The position numbers and the translations under genes are program-made. This document shows, in pieces, positions 42,081-50,440 of a stretch of 64,000 bases of DNA (positions within the stretch are counted from its first letter, which is position 1; every line of letters begins with the position of its first letter). The stretch is taken from positions 32,001 through 96,000 of the forward strand of contig JBKJLC010000293.1 of assembly GCA_046597055.1 (NCBI GenBank), read 5' to 3'. This stretch comes from Kofleriaceae bacterium (GTDB lineage: Bacteria > Myxococcota_A > Polyangia > Haliangiales > Haliangiaceae). The notes beneath the pieces are model-generated. The model had not been told where the DNA came from and made no database searches. It was given only the letters and a program-made list of their open reading frames with translations.

Positions 42081-42150
42081 CACCCCGCGCGTCCGTCGGC
42101 CCGTGCGGGCAGACCTCGAGCGGGGCCGCGCCGTTTCATGGGCGCAGCAG

Positions 42151-42224
42151 TACCGGGCCCAGGATTCGAACCTGGATCTGTACGGTTCAGAGCCGTCCGT
42201 CGTGCCGAGTTGGACCAGCCCGGT
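42151..42224 (-). tRNA. tRNA-Gln(CTG)
   Basis: Loop CTCTGAA; GGTTCGAATCC. Confidence 0.78.
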
Positions 42225-42276
42225 GCGTGTCAGTAAGTGCGTCGATCGCCAGTCCCATGACTGACAACGATCGCAG

Positions 42277-42361
42277 TGGGGCGCCCAGGTTTTGAACCTG
42301 GCGGGTCGCGTGCGACGGCGGCTTTACAGGCCGCCCCGTCTCCATAGCGGTCTATCGCCCC
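42277..42361 (-). tRNA. tRNA-Tyr(GTA), first gene of the array
   Basis: Loop CTGTAAA; long variable arm; A73. Confidence 0.82.
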
Positions 42362-42384
42362 GAGGGTGCTGCCGGAACGGCAAC

Positions 42385-42420
42385 GAGAAAGGGCCACCTG
42401 GGTTCGTCCCGGGTGGCCCT
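42385..42420 (-). terminator. Terminator/attenuator-like hairpin upstream of the array
   Basis: AGGGCCACCCGGG-ACGAA-CCCAGGTGGCCCT followed by TTCTC (short U tract). Confidence 0.55.
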
Positions 42421-42450
42421 GTTCACGGAGCTTGAGAGAGTGCTCTCGAG

Positions 42451-42645
42451 CTAGGTGGGAGGGGCCCCCCTGGGATCCTGACCGCCGCGGACGGCGCGAT
42501 TCGCGAGACCGAAGATCTCTTCGATCTTCAGGCACTTGGCGGCGAAGCTGGACGTCAGACACCAGCTCAACTGCGCGGAAACGCGCCCTTGCGGCGAGCC
42601 AGATGGCATCGCATAGGCAAGGTGATGGAGCGAGGTGGTGTTCAT
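42451..42645 (-). CDS. Putative 64-aa leader peptide ending ...DPRGAPPT
   Basis: ATG 42645; stop ~30 nt before the hairpin; no homology evidence. Confidence 0.4.
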   Translation of the reverse strand: MNTTSLHHLAYAMPSGSPQGRVSAQLSWCLTSSFAAKCLKIEEIFGLANRAVRGGQDPRGAPPT

Positions 42646-42778
42646 GGCGGGTGCTTCGACGTCCGAGGTTTCGTTTGGTTCTGCTTTTTTCCGTCCCGAA
42701 CCGGTGCCAGCCTGTGCCGCCCTTCCGTCCGGGTCCCCTGCGATCCGCTCAGTGCAGCAGTCGCGGGTTGATGATCTG

Positions 42779-42807
42779 TGCTTAAAGGGTCTGGCCTCCG
42801 AAGTCAA
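42779..42807 (-). promoter_or_regulatory. Possible sigma70-type promoter for the array
   Basis: TTGACT-N17-TAAGCA in a locally AT-rich tract; weak -10. Confidence 0.3.
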
Positions 42808-42941
42808 ACTCCAATCGAAATTATCTCAGAACTAACAGTCACCATTCGAGTTTCGTCGTCGAGGTCGTCGTCGCAACCGTCGGTGTGCGGCCGTGTCCAC
42901 CGGACATGAGCGTGAGCGGCACGAATGGCACGAACGGTTCG

Positions 42942-43718
42942 ATGGTAGCCACGGAGAGCTCGGTTCTGGTGTCGTTGCGGGAGCTTCGAGAGATCGAGGA
43001 CCGCCGGCTGGTCGAGCGGAAGGAGGCGGCAACCGCCCGCGAGGTGGCCCAGACCCGGGCCTGGGAGGAGGCGGTGGCGCGGCGCGCGCGCGAGCGGACC
43101 GAGCGCGAGGCGGCCGAGGCGGCCGAGGCAGCGCGGTGCGCGGCCGCGCAGGAGCACGCGGCGCGCGCCGACGCCCTCCGGCTCGCGGCGGTCGAGGCGC
43201 AGGCGCGGGCCGAGGCCATGGTCCGGATCGAGGTCGAGCGCGCCAGCCTGGAAGTGGCGCTGCGCCGCGCGGAGCTCGAGCGGCGGCGTCCCCGCTGGCT
43301 CATGACGATCACCGCGGGCATGGCCGCGGTGGCGCTCGCGGTGGGATGGCTGGCGGTCGAGGCGCAGGACGCCGCCCGCGCGCAGCAGCGCGCCGCCGCC
43401 CGCGCGCAGGCCGAAGCCGCGAGCTCGCGGCAGGAGCTCGCGCGCCGGGTCGCGCAGGCCGACGTGCTGGGGCGCAAGATCGCGGACGCGCGGGCCGCGC
43501 TCGAGGCAGAGCGGCGGCGGGTCGAGCGCGCGAAGTCGCAGGCGCAGGCCGAGTGGAACCGTGTCCATGGCGGCAGTCGCCCCAAGCCCGGCAGTGGCAA
43601 GGGTGGCGCCGGCACTGGCAAGGGCGGTCGCGGGAAAGGCAATGGCAGTGGTGGCGGCGTGACTGACAGTCCCCCGGCCGGCGCGGTCAAGGTCTGTACG
43701 GACGGTGTCTTCTGCTGA
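42942..43718 (+). CDS. Coiled-coil membrane protein, hypothetical
   Basis: ESSVLVSLRELREIE, E/R/A-rich coil, one TM, Gly-rich tail. Confidence 0.7.
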   Translation: MVATESSVLVSLRELREIEDRRLVERKEAATAREVAQTRAWEEAVARRARERTEREAAEAAEAARCAAAQEHAARADALRLAAVEAQARAEAMVRIEVERASLEVALRRAELERRRPRWLMTITAGMAAVALAVGWLAVEAQDAARAQQRAAARAQAEAASSRQELARRVAQADVLGRKIADARAALEAERRRVERAKSQAQAEWNRVHGGSRPKPGSGKGGAGTGKGGRGKGNGSGGGVTDSPPAGAVKVCTDGVFC

Positions 43719-43837
43719 GCGATGACTGACCGGCGCGGAGCCGCGGCTGACCGGGGGCCCACCGGCAGGGCGGGCCCGCGCCGGGCCGCGGACGCCGGGG
43801 GGTAGCGAAGGGGTCGGGAGTCGAGTAAGTCTGGCCG

Positions 43838-46642
43838 GTGCCCGCGCGCTACCTGATCGGCGTCGATCTCGGGACGACCAACACCGCGGTCGCCTACGTG
43901 GACACGCGCGCGACCGACCCACGCGTGAAGGTGTTCGAGGTCGTGCAGCTGGTTGCCCCCGGTGAGGTCGCCCCTCGCCGGCAGCTGCCATCGTTCCTGT
44001 ACCTGCCGGGCGAGCACGATCTGGCGCCTGCCGAGACCGCGCTGCCGTGGCGACCGGTCGGCGCCGCCGGCGACAACCGCATCGTGGTCGGCGAGCTCGC
44101 CCGTCACCAGGGCGCGCGCAACCCGTCGCGGATGATCGCCTCGGCCAAGTCCTGGCTGTGCCACCCGGGCGTCGACCGCAAGGCCGCCATCTTGCCGTGG
44201 GGCGAGGGCAGCGGACCGCGGCTGTCGCCGGTGGCCGCCCAGGCAGCGATCCTCGCGCACGTGCGGGCGGCCTGGGACGACCTGATGTCCGGGGAACCGG
44301 ACAGCCAGTTCGTGGCCCAGGACGTCGTGGTCACCTGCCCCGCCTCGTTCGACGAGGCCGCCCGCGAGCTGACCCAGGAGGCGGCCGCGCTGGCCGGCCT
44401 CGAGCGGGTGGTGCTGCTCGAGGAGCCCCAGGCGGCGTTCTATGCCTGGATCGATCGCCACCACAGCCGGGCCCGCACGCTCGCGCCCGGCGAGCGCGTG
44501 CTGGTGTTCGACGTCGGCGGCGGGACGTCGGACTTCACGCTGATCACGGTCGACGCCGACGGCGGCTTCGAGCGCACCGCGGTCGGCGATCATCTGCTCC
44601 TCGGTGGCGACAACGTCGACCTGACCCTGGCCAAGCTGGTCGAGCAGCGGCTCACCGCCGATGGCGGCAAGAAGCTCGATGCCCTCCAGTGGCACGGTCT
44701 GGTCCACGCCTGCCGGCTGGCCAAGGAGACGCTGCTGGGCGACGCCGCCCCGGCCGAGGTGCCGATCACCGTCGCCAGCCGCGGCTCGCGCTTGATCGGC
44801 GGCACGCTGCGCGACCAGATCACGCGCGCGGAGCTCGAGCGGGTGCTGTTCGACGGCTTCTTCCCGGTCGCGACCGCCGACGCCACCCCGGTCCGCGGCC
44901 GCGGCGGCCTGCAGGAGATGGGGCTGCCGTACGCGAGCGACCCGGCGGTGACGCGGCACCTGGCGTCGTTCCTGGCCCGCCACGGCGCGGCCCGGGTCGA
45001 CGCGGTGCTGTTCAATGGTGGCGCCATGACTCCAGTCGCGCTGCGCGCGCGCGTGCTCGGGCAGCTGGCGGCGTGGCAGCCCGATGCGCCACCCCCGCGC
45101 GAGCTCGAGGCGATCGCACCCGAGCTGGCGGTCGCCGTGGGCGCCGCCTATTACGGGCTGGTCCGGCGCGGCCTGGCGACCCGCATCCGCGGTGGTACTC
45201 CGCGCGCGTTCTACATCGGCGTGGCGCGCGTGGCGGCGTCGGGCGGCGTCGCCGCGGCGCGGGTCGAGACCCACACCGCGGTGTGCCTGGCCGGCAAGGG
45301 TCTCGACGAGGGCACCACGGTCGAGCTCGACCGCGACTTCGAGCTGGTGACCAACCGTCCGGTGCGGTTCCGGTTGTACTCGTCGAGCACGCGGACTGAC
45401 CCGCCCGGCACGCTGGTGCCGATCGGCGATGGCCGCGCCGACACGATCGACGACGGCTCCGATCTGCTCGAGCTGCCGCCGATCGTCACGGTGCTGCGCG
45501 CGCGCGGCAAGAGCGCGGTCACGGTCCGGGTCCAGGCGACCGTCACCGAGCTGGGCGCGGTCGAGATCTGGTGCCACGACGTCGCCGATCCGACCGCGCG
45601 CTGGCGGCTATCGTTCGACGTACGCTCGGGTGGCTCGCCGGCGGCCGACGACGACACCGCGGCCAGCGCGGCGCCGCACCCGCGCATCGACGAGGCCAAG
45701 GCGCGCGTGACCGACGGGTTCCGCGGCGACCCCGGGCTGCTGGCGCCGCTCACGCGCGAGCTCGAGGAGATGCTCGAGGCGCGGCGCGACGAGTGGTCGA
45801 TGCACGCGACCCGCGCGCTGTTCGACGCCCTGGCCGACGTGGTCGAGACCCGGCGTCGGTCGGCCGATCACGAGCAGCGCTGGCTCGGCCTGGCCGGGTT
45901 CTGCCTCCGGCCCGGCACCGGCGCCCCGCTCGACGCCTGGCGGGCGCGCCAGATGTGGGGCGTGTTCAACGAGGGGCTGGTCCACGGCAAGACCGAGGCG
46001 TCGCGGCTGGCCTGGTGGATCGTGTGGCGGCGGATCGCCGGCGGCCTCATCCCGGGCCAGCAGGAGCAGATCTACGACCGGCTGGCGACGCTGCTGTTGC
46101 CGAGCGCGCGCCAGCAGAAGAAGCTGAGCGAGATCAAGCCGTCGAAGCAGGAGCTCGGTGAGATGTGGCGCGCGGTCGCCAGCCTCGAGCGCATCCCGGT
46201 CGCGCACAAGCTGAAGCTCGGCGACGAGCTGATGCGGCGGATGGAGACCCGCAAGGGTCGCGAGGACGCTGTCCACCTGTGGGCGCTCGGCCGGATCGCC
46301 GCGCGGGTACCGCTGTACGGGCCGCTCAACACGGTCGTGCCGGCGTCGAAGGCGGCGGCGTGGCTCGACCAGCTGCTGGTGTGGGACTGGCCGGAGCCCG
46401 ACAAGGTCGCCTTCTCGCTGGCGCAGCTCGGCCGGCGCACCGACGACCGCACCCGCGAGCTCTCGGAGCCGCTGCGCGCGCGCCTGGCCGCCTACCTGCG
46501 CGGGCAACCCGGCGGCGACCGCGCCGCGATCCTGGTCGAGCAGGTGGTCGCGCTCGAGGCCCGCGAGGAGCGGGTCGCGCTCGGCGACACGCTGCCGGCC
46601 GGCTTGCGGCTGATGGTCGACGACCCGCCGCCCCCGGCGTGA
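43838..46642 (+). CDS. Hsp70-family protein with C-terminal extension (DUF3731-like)
   Basis: GVDLGTTN, EEPQAAF, DVGGGTSD; tail with WLGLAGFCLRPG, WWIVWRRIAGGL, GDTLPAGLRL. Confidence 0.9.
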   Translation: MPARYLIGVDLGTTNTAVAYVDTRATDPRVKVFEVVQLVAPGEVAPRRQLPSFLYLPGEHDLAPAETALPWRPVGAAGDNRIVVGELARHQGARNPSRMIASAKSWLCHPGVDRKAAILPWGEGSGPRLSPVAAQAAILAHVRAAWDDLMSGEPDSQFVAQDVVVTCPASFDEAARELTQEAAALAGLERVVLLEEPQAAFYAWIDRHHSRARTLAPGERVLVFDVGGGTSDFTLITVDADGGFERTAVGDHLLLGGDNVDLTLAKLVEQRLTADGGKKLDALQWHGLVHACRLAKETLLGDAAPAEVPITVASRGSRLIGGTLRDQITRAELERVLFDGFFPVATADATPVRGRGGLQEMGLPYASDPAVTRHLASFLARHGAARVDAVLFNGGAMTPVALRARVLGQLAAWQPDAPPPRELEAIAPELAVAVGAAYYGLVRRGLATRIRGGTPRAFYIGVARVAASGGVAAARVETHTAVCLAGKGLDEGTTVELDRDFELVTNRPVRFRLYSSSTRTDPPGTLVPIGDGRADTIDDGSDLLELPPIVTVLRARGKSAVTVRVQATVTELGAVEIWCHDVADPTARWRLSFDVRSGGSPAADDDTAASAAPHPRIDEAKARVTDGFRGDPGLLAPLTRELEEMLEARRDEWSMHATRALFDALADVVETRRRSADHEQRWLGLAGFCLRPGTGAPLDAWRARQMWGVFNEGLVHGKTEASRLAWWIVWRRIAGGLIPGQQEQIYDRLATLLLPSARQQKKLSEIKPSKQELGEMWRAVASLERIPVAHKLKLGDELMRRMETRKGREDAVHLWALGRIAARVPLYGPLNTVVPASKAAAWLDQLLVWDWPEPDKVAFSLAQLGRRTDDRTRELSEPLRARLAAYLRGQPGGDRAAILVEQVVALEAREERVALGDTLPAGLRLMVDDPPPPA

Positions 46643-46837
46643 TCGTGAGCGAGGTGCCCGGGATGGATCGCGTGGTGGTGTGGTCGATCACCTGGTCGAA
46701 GACTCAGGGGCGCCACCCGCACGCGCGCAACCAGGCGAGCATCTCGGTCTGACGGGCGTGCCAGTCGGCCGGGCGATGGCGATGGCGCCACTGCCGGTCA
46801 CATGAGCTCTCGCACTCACAAGTTCGATCACTTGCTC

Positions 46838-46956
46838 TTCCGTTCGTCCTGAGCGCAGCCCGGCGCGAAGCGGCGGGCGAAGTCGAAGGACGACCAGTGC
46901 GCGGCCGGCGTCCTTCGACCTCGAGCTCGCTCGCTCTGCGCTCAGGACGAACGGAA
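46838..46956. repeat. Palindromic REP/MITE-like element
   Basis: 21-bp perfect IR TTCCGTTCGTCCTGAGCGCAG plus inner IR GTCGAAGGACG/CGTCCTTCGAC. Confidence 0.8.
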
Positions 46957-47004
46957 AAAACTGCTCGACCCCGATCGCTTGCGCCTATCCGATCGGCATT
47001 GGCG

Positions 47005-49092
47005 CTAGCGCGCCGGCTCGCCGACGACGACGAACAGCATGTCGTCGTCGTGGGGCGCGTCGCCGACGTGGACCCGGACCGCATCGAGCAGCGCCTGGGC
47101 CAGGTTGTCGCCGGCGTGGGCACCGAGGCTGCGCAGGGTGCGCTGGAGCCGACGCTCGCCGAACGCGCTATCGGCAATGTTGCGAGCCTCGACCACGCCG
47201 TCGCTGGTGAGCACGATGATGTCACCCGGCGCGAGCGCGCGCTCGCCCAGACCGATCACGCGCTCGGGCTCGCCCAGCGCGGTGCCGCGCGCGATCAGCG
47301 CGTGGAGCTCGACCGTGTCGCCGGTCGGGTGCAGCAGGTAACCGCCGCGGTGGCCCGCGCTCGCCCACTCGACCCGACCGCCGGCGCGATCGACCAGCGC
47401 CGCCATGGCGGTGACCCGGTGCCGCCCGCCGTCGACGGTCGCGACGGTGTCGTGCAGCATGCCGATCACCGCCGCCGGGGTCGCGCGCACGCCGAGCAGC
47501 CCGGCCGCGGTCTGGCCGGCACCGTGGACCGCCGCCGACACCAGCGCGGCCGGGAGCCCGCGGCCGGCGACGTCGCCGACCAGGACCAGCAGGCGGTCGT
47601 CGGGCAACGCGACGCAGCTCCACAGGTCGCCGGCGACCCGCGCGGCGGGCTGGTAGATCACGGCGACCCGGTTGCCGCCCATGTCGCGCACGTCGCCGAC
47701 GGCGCGCGCCTGGCGCACCGCCTCGGCCAGCTCGAGCTCGCGCGCGAGATCGGCCCGGCGCTCGACCTCGCGGGTCAGCGCGAGCACGGTCAGCGCCCGC
47801 GCCGTGGCCCGGGCCGCTTCGTCGAGGACGACCCGGTCGGAGTCGCGCAGCGGGGCGGCGCGGGTGCCGACGCACAGGCCAACCAGCACGTCGCGGTCGG
47901 CCAGCGGCACCACCACGTCGGCGCCCAGCCCGCGCACCCAGGCCTCGATCTCCTCGCGGCGGTGATCGAGCCGCTCGGTCGCCAGCTCGGCGACCGCGAA
48001 CGTGCCGTGCTGCTGCAGCCAGGCCTCGATCGCATCGCCGAACGGACGGGTTGGCCCGGTCGCGGCCCCGCGGACCAGCCACCAGCCACCCTCGAGCCGC
48101 GCCCACACCCGCACGTCCGCGGCGAGGGCGCGGTCCTCGAGCAGCTCGGCCAGGCCGCGCGCCGCCTCGTCAGCGGTGGCCGCGGCGCCGACCCGGTCGA
48201 CGAAGCGGTCGAGCGCGAGCTGCGCCGCCTCGGCCGGGGTCACCACGTCGTGCGCGACGGTGCGACCGATCACGACGATCACGCCGGCGGCGAGCGCGCT
48301 GGCGAGCACCAGCACGGTGCTCTGCCCCGGCGCCGACACCGTCAGGGCCAGGATCAGCAGCACCACGCCGGTGATCACGGTCGCGATCAGCTCGCGCGCG
48401 ATCGCACGATCGATCCCGTGCGAGCGCAGGACGTCGCTGCGCAGGATCGCGTAGATCGCCATCGCGGTCGCGGCCAGGGCCGGCACCCACGTCAGCGGGT
48501 AGGTCCGGACCACCTGCAGCGCGAGCAGGATGTCGTTGCCGGCCAGGAGCGCGAGCACGCCGAGCGCGATCACCAGGCGCGGCTGGCGGCGACGATCGCG
48601 GTGCCAGTTCCGGGTGCGGCGGCTGAGGCCGACCGCGTAGCCGACCCAGGCCGCGAACATGCCGACGTGGATCGGGAACAGTGGCCCGGCGACCGGGAAC
48701 GACGCGCCGGTCGCCACGATCTGGACGTCGCGCACCACCAGATCGGTGGCGAGCGCGACGATCATCTGGCCGAGCCCGACCACCACCGCGGTCACCAGGA
48801 TCGGTCGGTGCGAGTCGAGCTTGCCGACCAGCGCGAGGATCACCATCAGCAGCCCAGCGCCGATCACCGGCACCGGCGCGTAGCCGAGCCGGTAGATGTG
48901 CAGCGTCACGTCGAGGTCCGTCGCGCACGCGCCGAGCGTCATGCCGACCGCCCACGGCAGCGCGGCGACCGCGATCAGGACGAACGCGAGGCGGACCACC
49001 AGGTCGCCGCGCAGGATCGCGGCCAGCACGGCGAGCACGACCAAGGCTGCGCTGACCACCGCGAACGGCATGGCCTGGACGGTGAAGCTCAC
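47005..49092 (-). CDS. Multi-TM sensor with SpoIIE/PP2C phosphatase domain
   Basis: VAGDLW, GDVAGRG, SAGH, SDGVVEA, DDM. Confidence 0.88.
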   Translation of the reverse strand: MSFTVQAMPFAVVSAALVVLAVLAAILRGDLVVRLAFVLIAVAALPWAVGMTLGACATDLDVTLHIYRLGYAPVPVIGAGLLMVILALVGKLDSHRPILVTAVVVGLGQMIVALATDLVVRDVQIVATGASFPVAGPLFPIHVGMFAAWVGYAVGLSRRTRNWHRDRRRQPRLVIALGVLALLAGNDILLALQVVRTYPLTWVPALAATAMAIYAILRSDVLRSHGIDRAIARELIATVITGVVLLILALTVSAPGQSTVLVLASALAAGVIVVIGRTVAHDVVTPAEAAQLALDRFVDRVGAAATADEAARGLAELLEDRALAADVRVWARLEGGWWLVRGAATGPTRPFGDAIEAWLQQHGTFAVAELATERLDHRREEIEAWVRGLGADVVVPLADRDVLVGLCVGTRAAPLRDSDRVVLDEAARATARALTVLALTREVERRADLARELELAEAVRQARAVGDVRDMGGNRVAVIYQPAARVAGDLWSCVALPDDRLLVLVGDVAGRGLPAALVSAAVHGAGQTAAGLLGVRATPAAVIGMLHDTVATVDGGRHRVTAMAALVDRAGGRVEWASAGHRGGYLLHPTGDTVELHALIARGTALGEPERVIGLGERALAPGDIIVLTSDGVVEARNIADSAFGERRLQRTLRSLGAHAGDNLAQALLDAVRVHVGDAPHDDDMLFVVVGEPAR

Positions 49093-49246
49093 CCCGCGAC
49101 CAGGCTACACCCGGCGCTGCGAGTGAAGCGAGCGGTCCGCGTGCCTGCGGGCGCTGTGGGCATCGGCGGCGGTGCGATCACCGAGACCCGCCCACACCGG
49201 GGGGCTTGCGCCTACCGACTCCGAGGGTGTGTTATGAGGAAGCTTC

Positions 49247-49948
49247 GTGTCTCGCCGCGCGAACCGGATCCGAGCTCGTCTCGCTGCCACGATCACGCCG
49301 ATCGCGCCATCGGGTGACATGTTCGTGTGCCAGACCCGGGACATCTCGCAGGTCGGCTGCTTTCTCGAAACGGCGACCCCGCTGCTCGCCGGCACCCGGA
49401 TCGAGATCGCGATCTTCGATCGGGCCCGCGGCGCGCCGGTCGAGGTCCTCGGCGAGATCTCGCGCGTGCTGCGCGGCGGCAACCCCGGCCTCGGGGTCCG
49501 GCTGCTCGAGCCCAACGAGGACTGGAAGGTGCTGTGTCAGTCCCTGGCGCGCGACGCCGGTCCCTACGACAAGAAGGTGCGGCGCCTGCGCATCCTGGTG
49601 GTCGGCGACGAGCGCCGCCAGCGCGGCGCCCTCGCGCTCTACGTCACCAGCGGCTGGGACGTCCAGTTCGCGACCGACCTCGACGGCACCGTGGAGGCCC
49701 TGCGCGAGGTGGCCAGCCTCGATGCGATCATCGCCGAGCACGACGCAGCCGACGAGCGCTGGCAGCCGGTGCTCACCGAGGCCAAGCGCATCCAACCGGG
49801 CGCCCGCCGCATCGTCCGCGGCGCCCGCAACGGGCCGCTGGCGGAGGGCGCGCTGGTCCACCGGTTCGTCGAGCGCGACGCCGGGCTCGACGCCCTGCTC
49901 GACGCGCTGACCGCCGACATGACCGTCACGGAACCGCCCCCGCGCTGA
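49247..49948 (+). CDS. PilZ domain plus receiver-like domain protein
   Basis: RRANRI, DISQVG. Confidence 0.75.
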   Translation: MSRRANRIRARLAATITPIAPSGDMFVCQTRDISQVGCFLETATPLLAGTRIEIAIFDRARGAPVEVLGEISRVLRGGNPGLGVRLLEPNEDWKVLCQSLARDAGPYDKKVRRLRILVVGDERRQRGALALYVTSGWDVQFATDLDGTVEALREVASLDAIIAEHDAADERWQPVLTEAKRIQPGARRIVRGARNGPLAEGALVHRFVERDAGLDALLDALTADMTVTEPPPR

Positions 49949-49969
49949 CCCGACGAGTCGATCGCTCGG

Positions 49970-50440
49970 CTAGCGGGCTTGCTCGAGCCGGGCCAGGGTG
50001 TGCTGCTGCTCGGCGAGCGCCTCCTTCAGGCGTCGCTGGGCCAGATCCTCGCGCATGGCGGCGGCGCGATCGCGCGAGGCCCGCGACACCGCCGCCAGGG
50101 CGATGATGCGCGAGGCGCTGCCAACGACCTCGGCGGCGGTCTCGAGCACCAGCATCTCGTCGTCGGGGTCACGCAGCCCGCGCTGGATCGCGCGGGCCAG
50201 TCGCGCGAACACCAGGTCGGCCCCGGACAGGAGGGTCTCCTCGGTGTCGCCCCACGCGAGCCGGCGCGAGATGCCGTCGTGCAGGGCCAGATCGAGCCCG
50301 TTCGAGGTGTCGTGGCCGGCGGTCAGCGCCCGCACGATCGCGTCGAAGATCGCGACCGCGGGTGCGTCTTCGTCGCCGCCGCCGACGATGTCGAGGACCT
50401 CGTCGCGCAGCACCTGGACCCGCTCGCCGACGTCGATCAC
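49970..50440 (-). CDS. Hypothetical protein
   Basis: Start overlaps the PP2C stop; protein-like composition. Confidence 0.7.
   Translation of the reverse strand: MIDVGERVQVLRDEVLDIVGGGDEDAPAVAIFDAIVRALTAGHDTSNGLDLALHDGISRRLAWGDTEETLLSGADLVFARLARAIQRGLRDPDDEMLVLETAAEVVGSASRIIALAAVSRASRDRAAAMREDLAQRRLKEALAEQQHTLARLEQAR

Noticed and set aside
35720..42360. Many short ORFs in the track overlapping the array
   Set aside because: They overlap tRNA/ncRNA genes and look non-protein-like; only HNH and rsr are kept
35811..42361. Prophage/ICE origin, or a tRNA-Sec for the nearby selenoprotein
   Set aside because: No integrase, phage genes or att repeats seen; no TCA anticodon among the tRNAs
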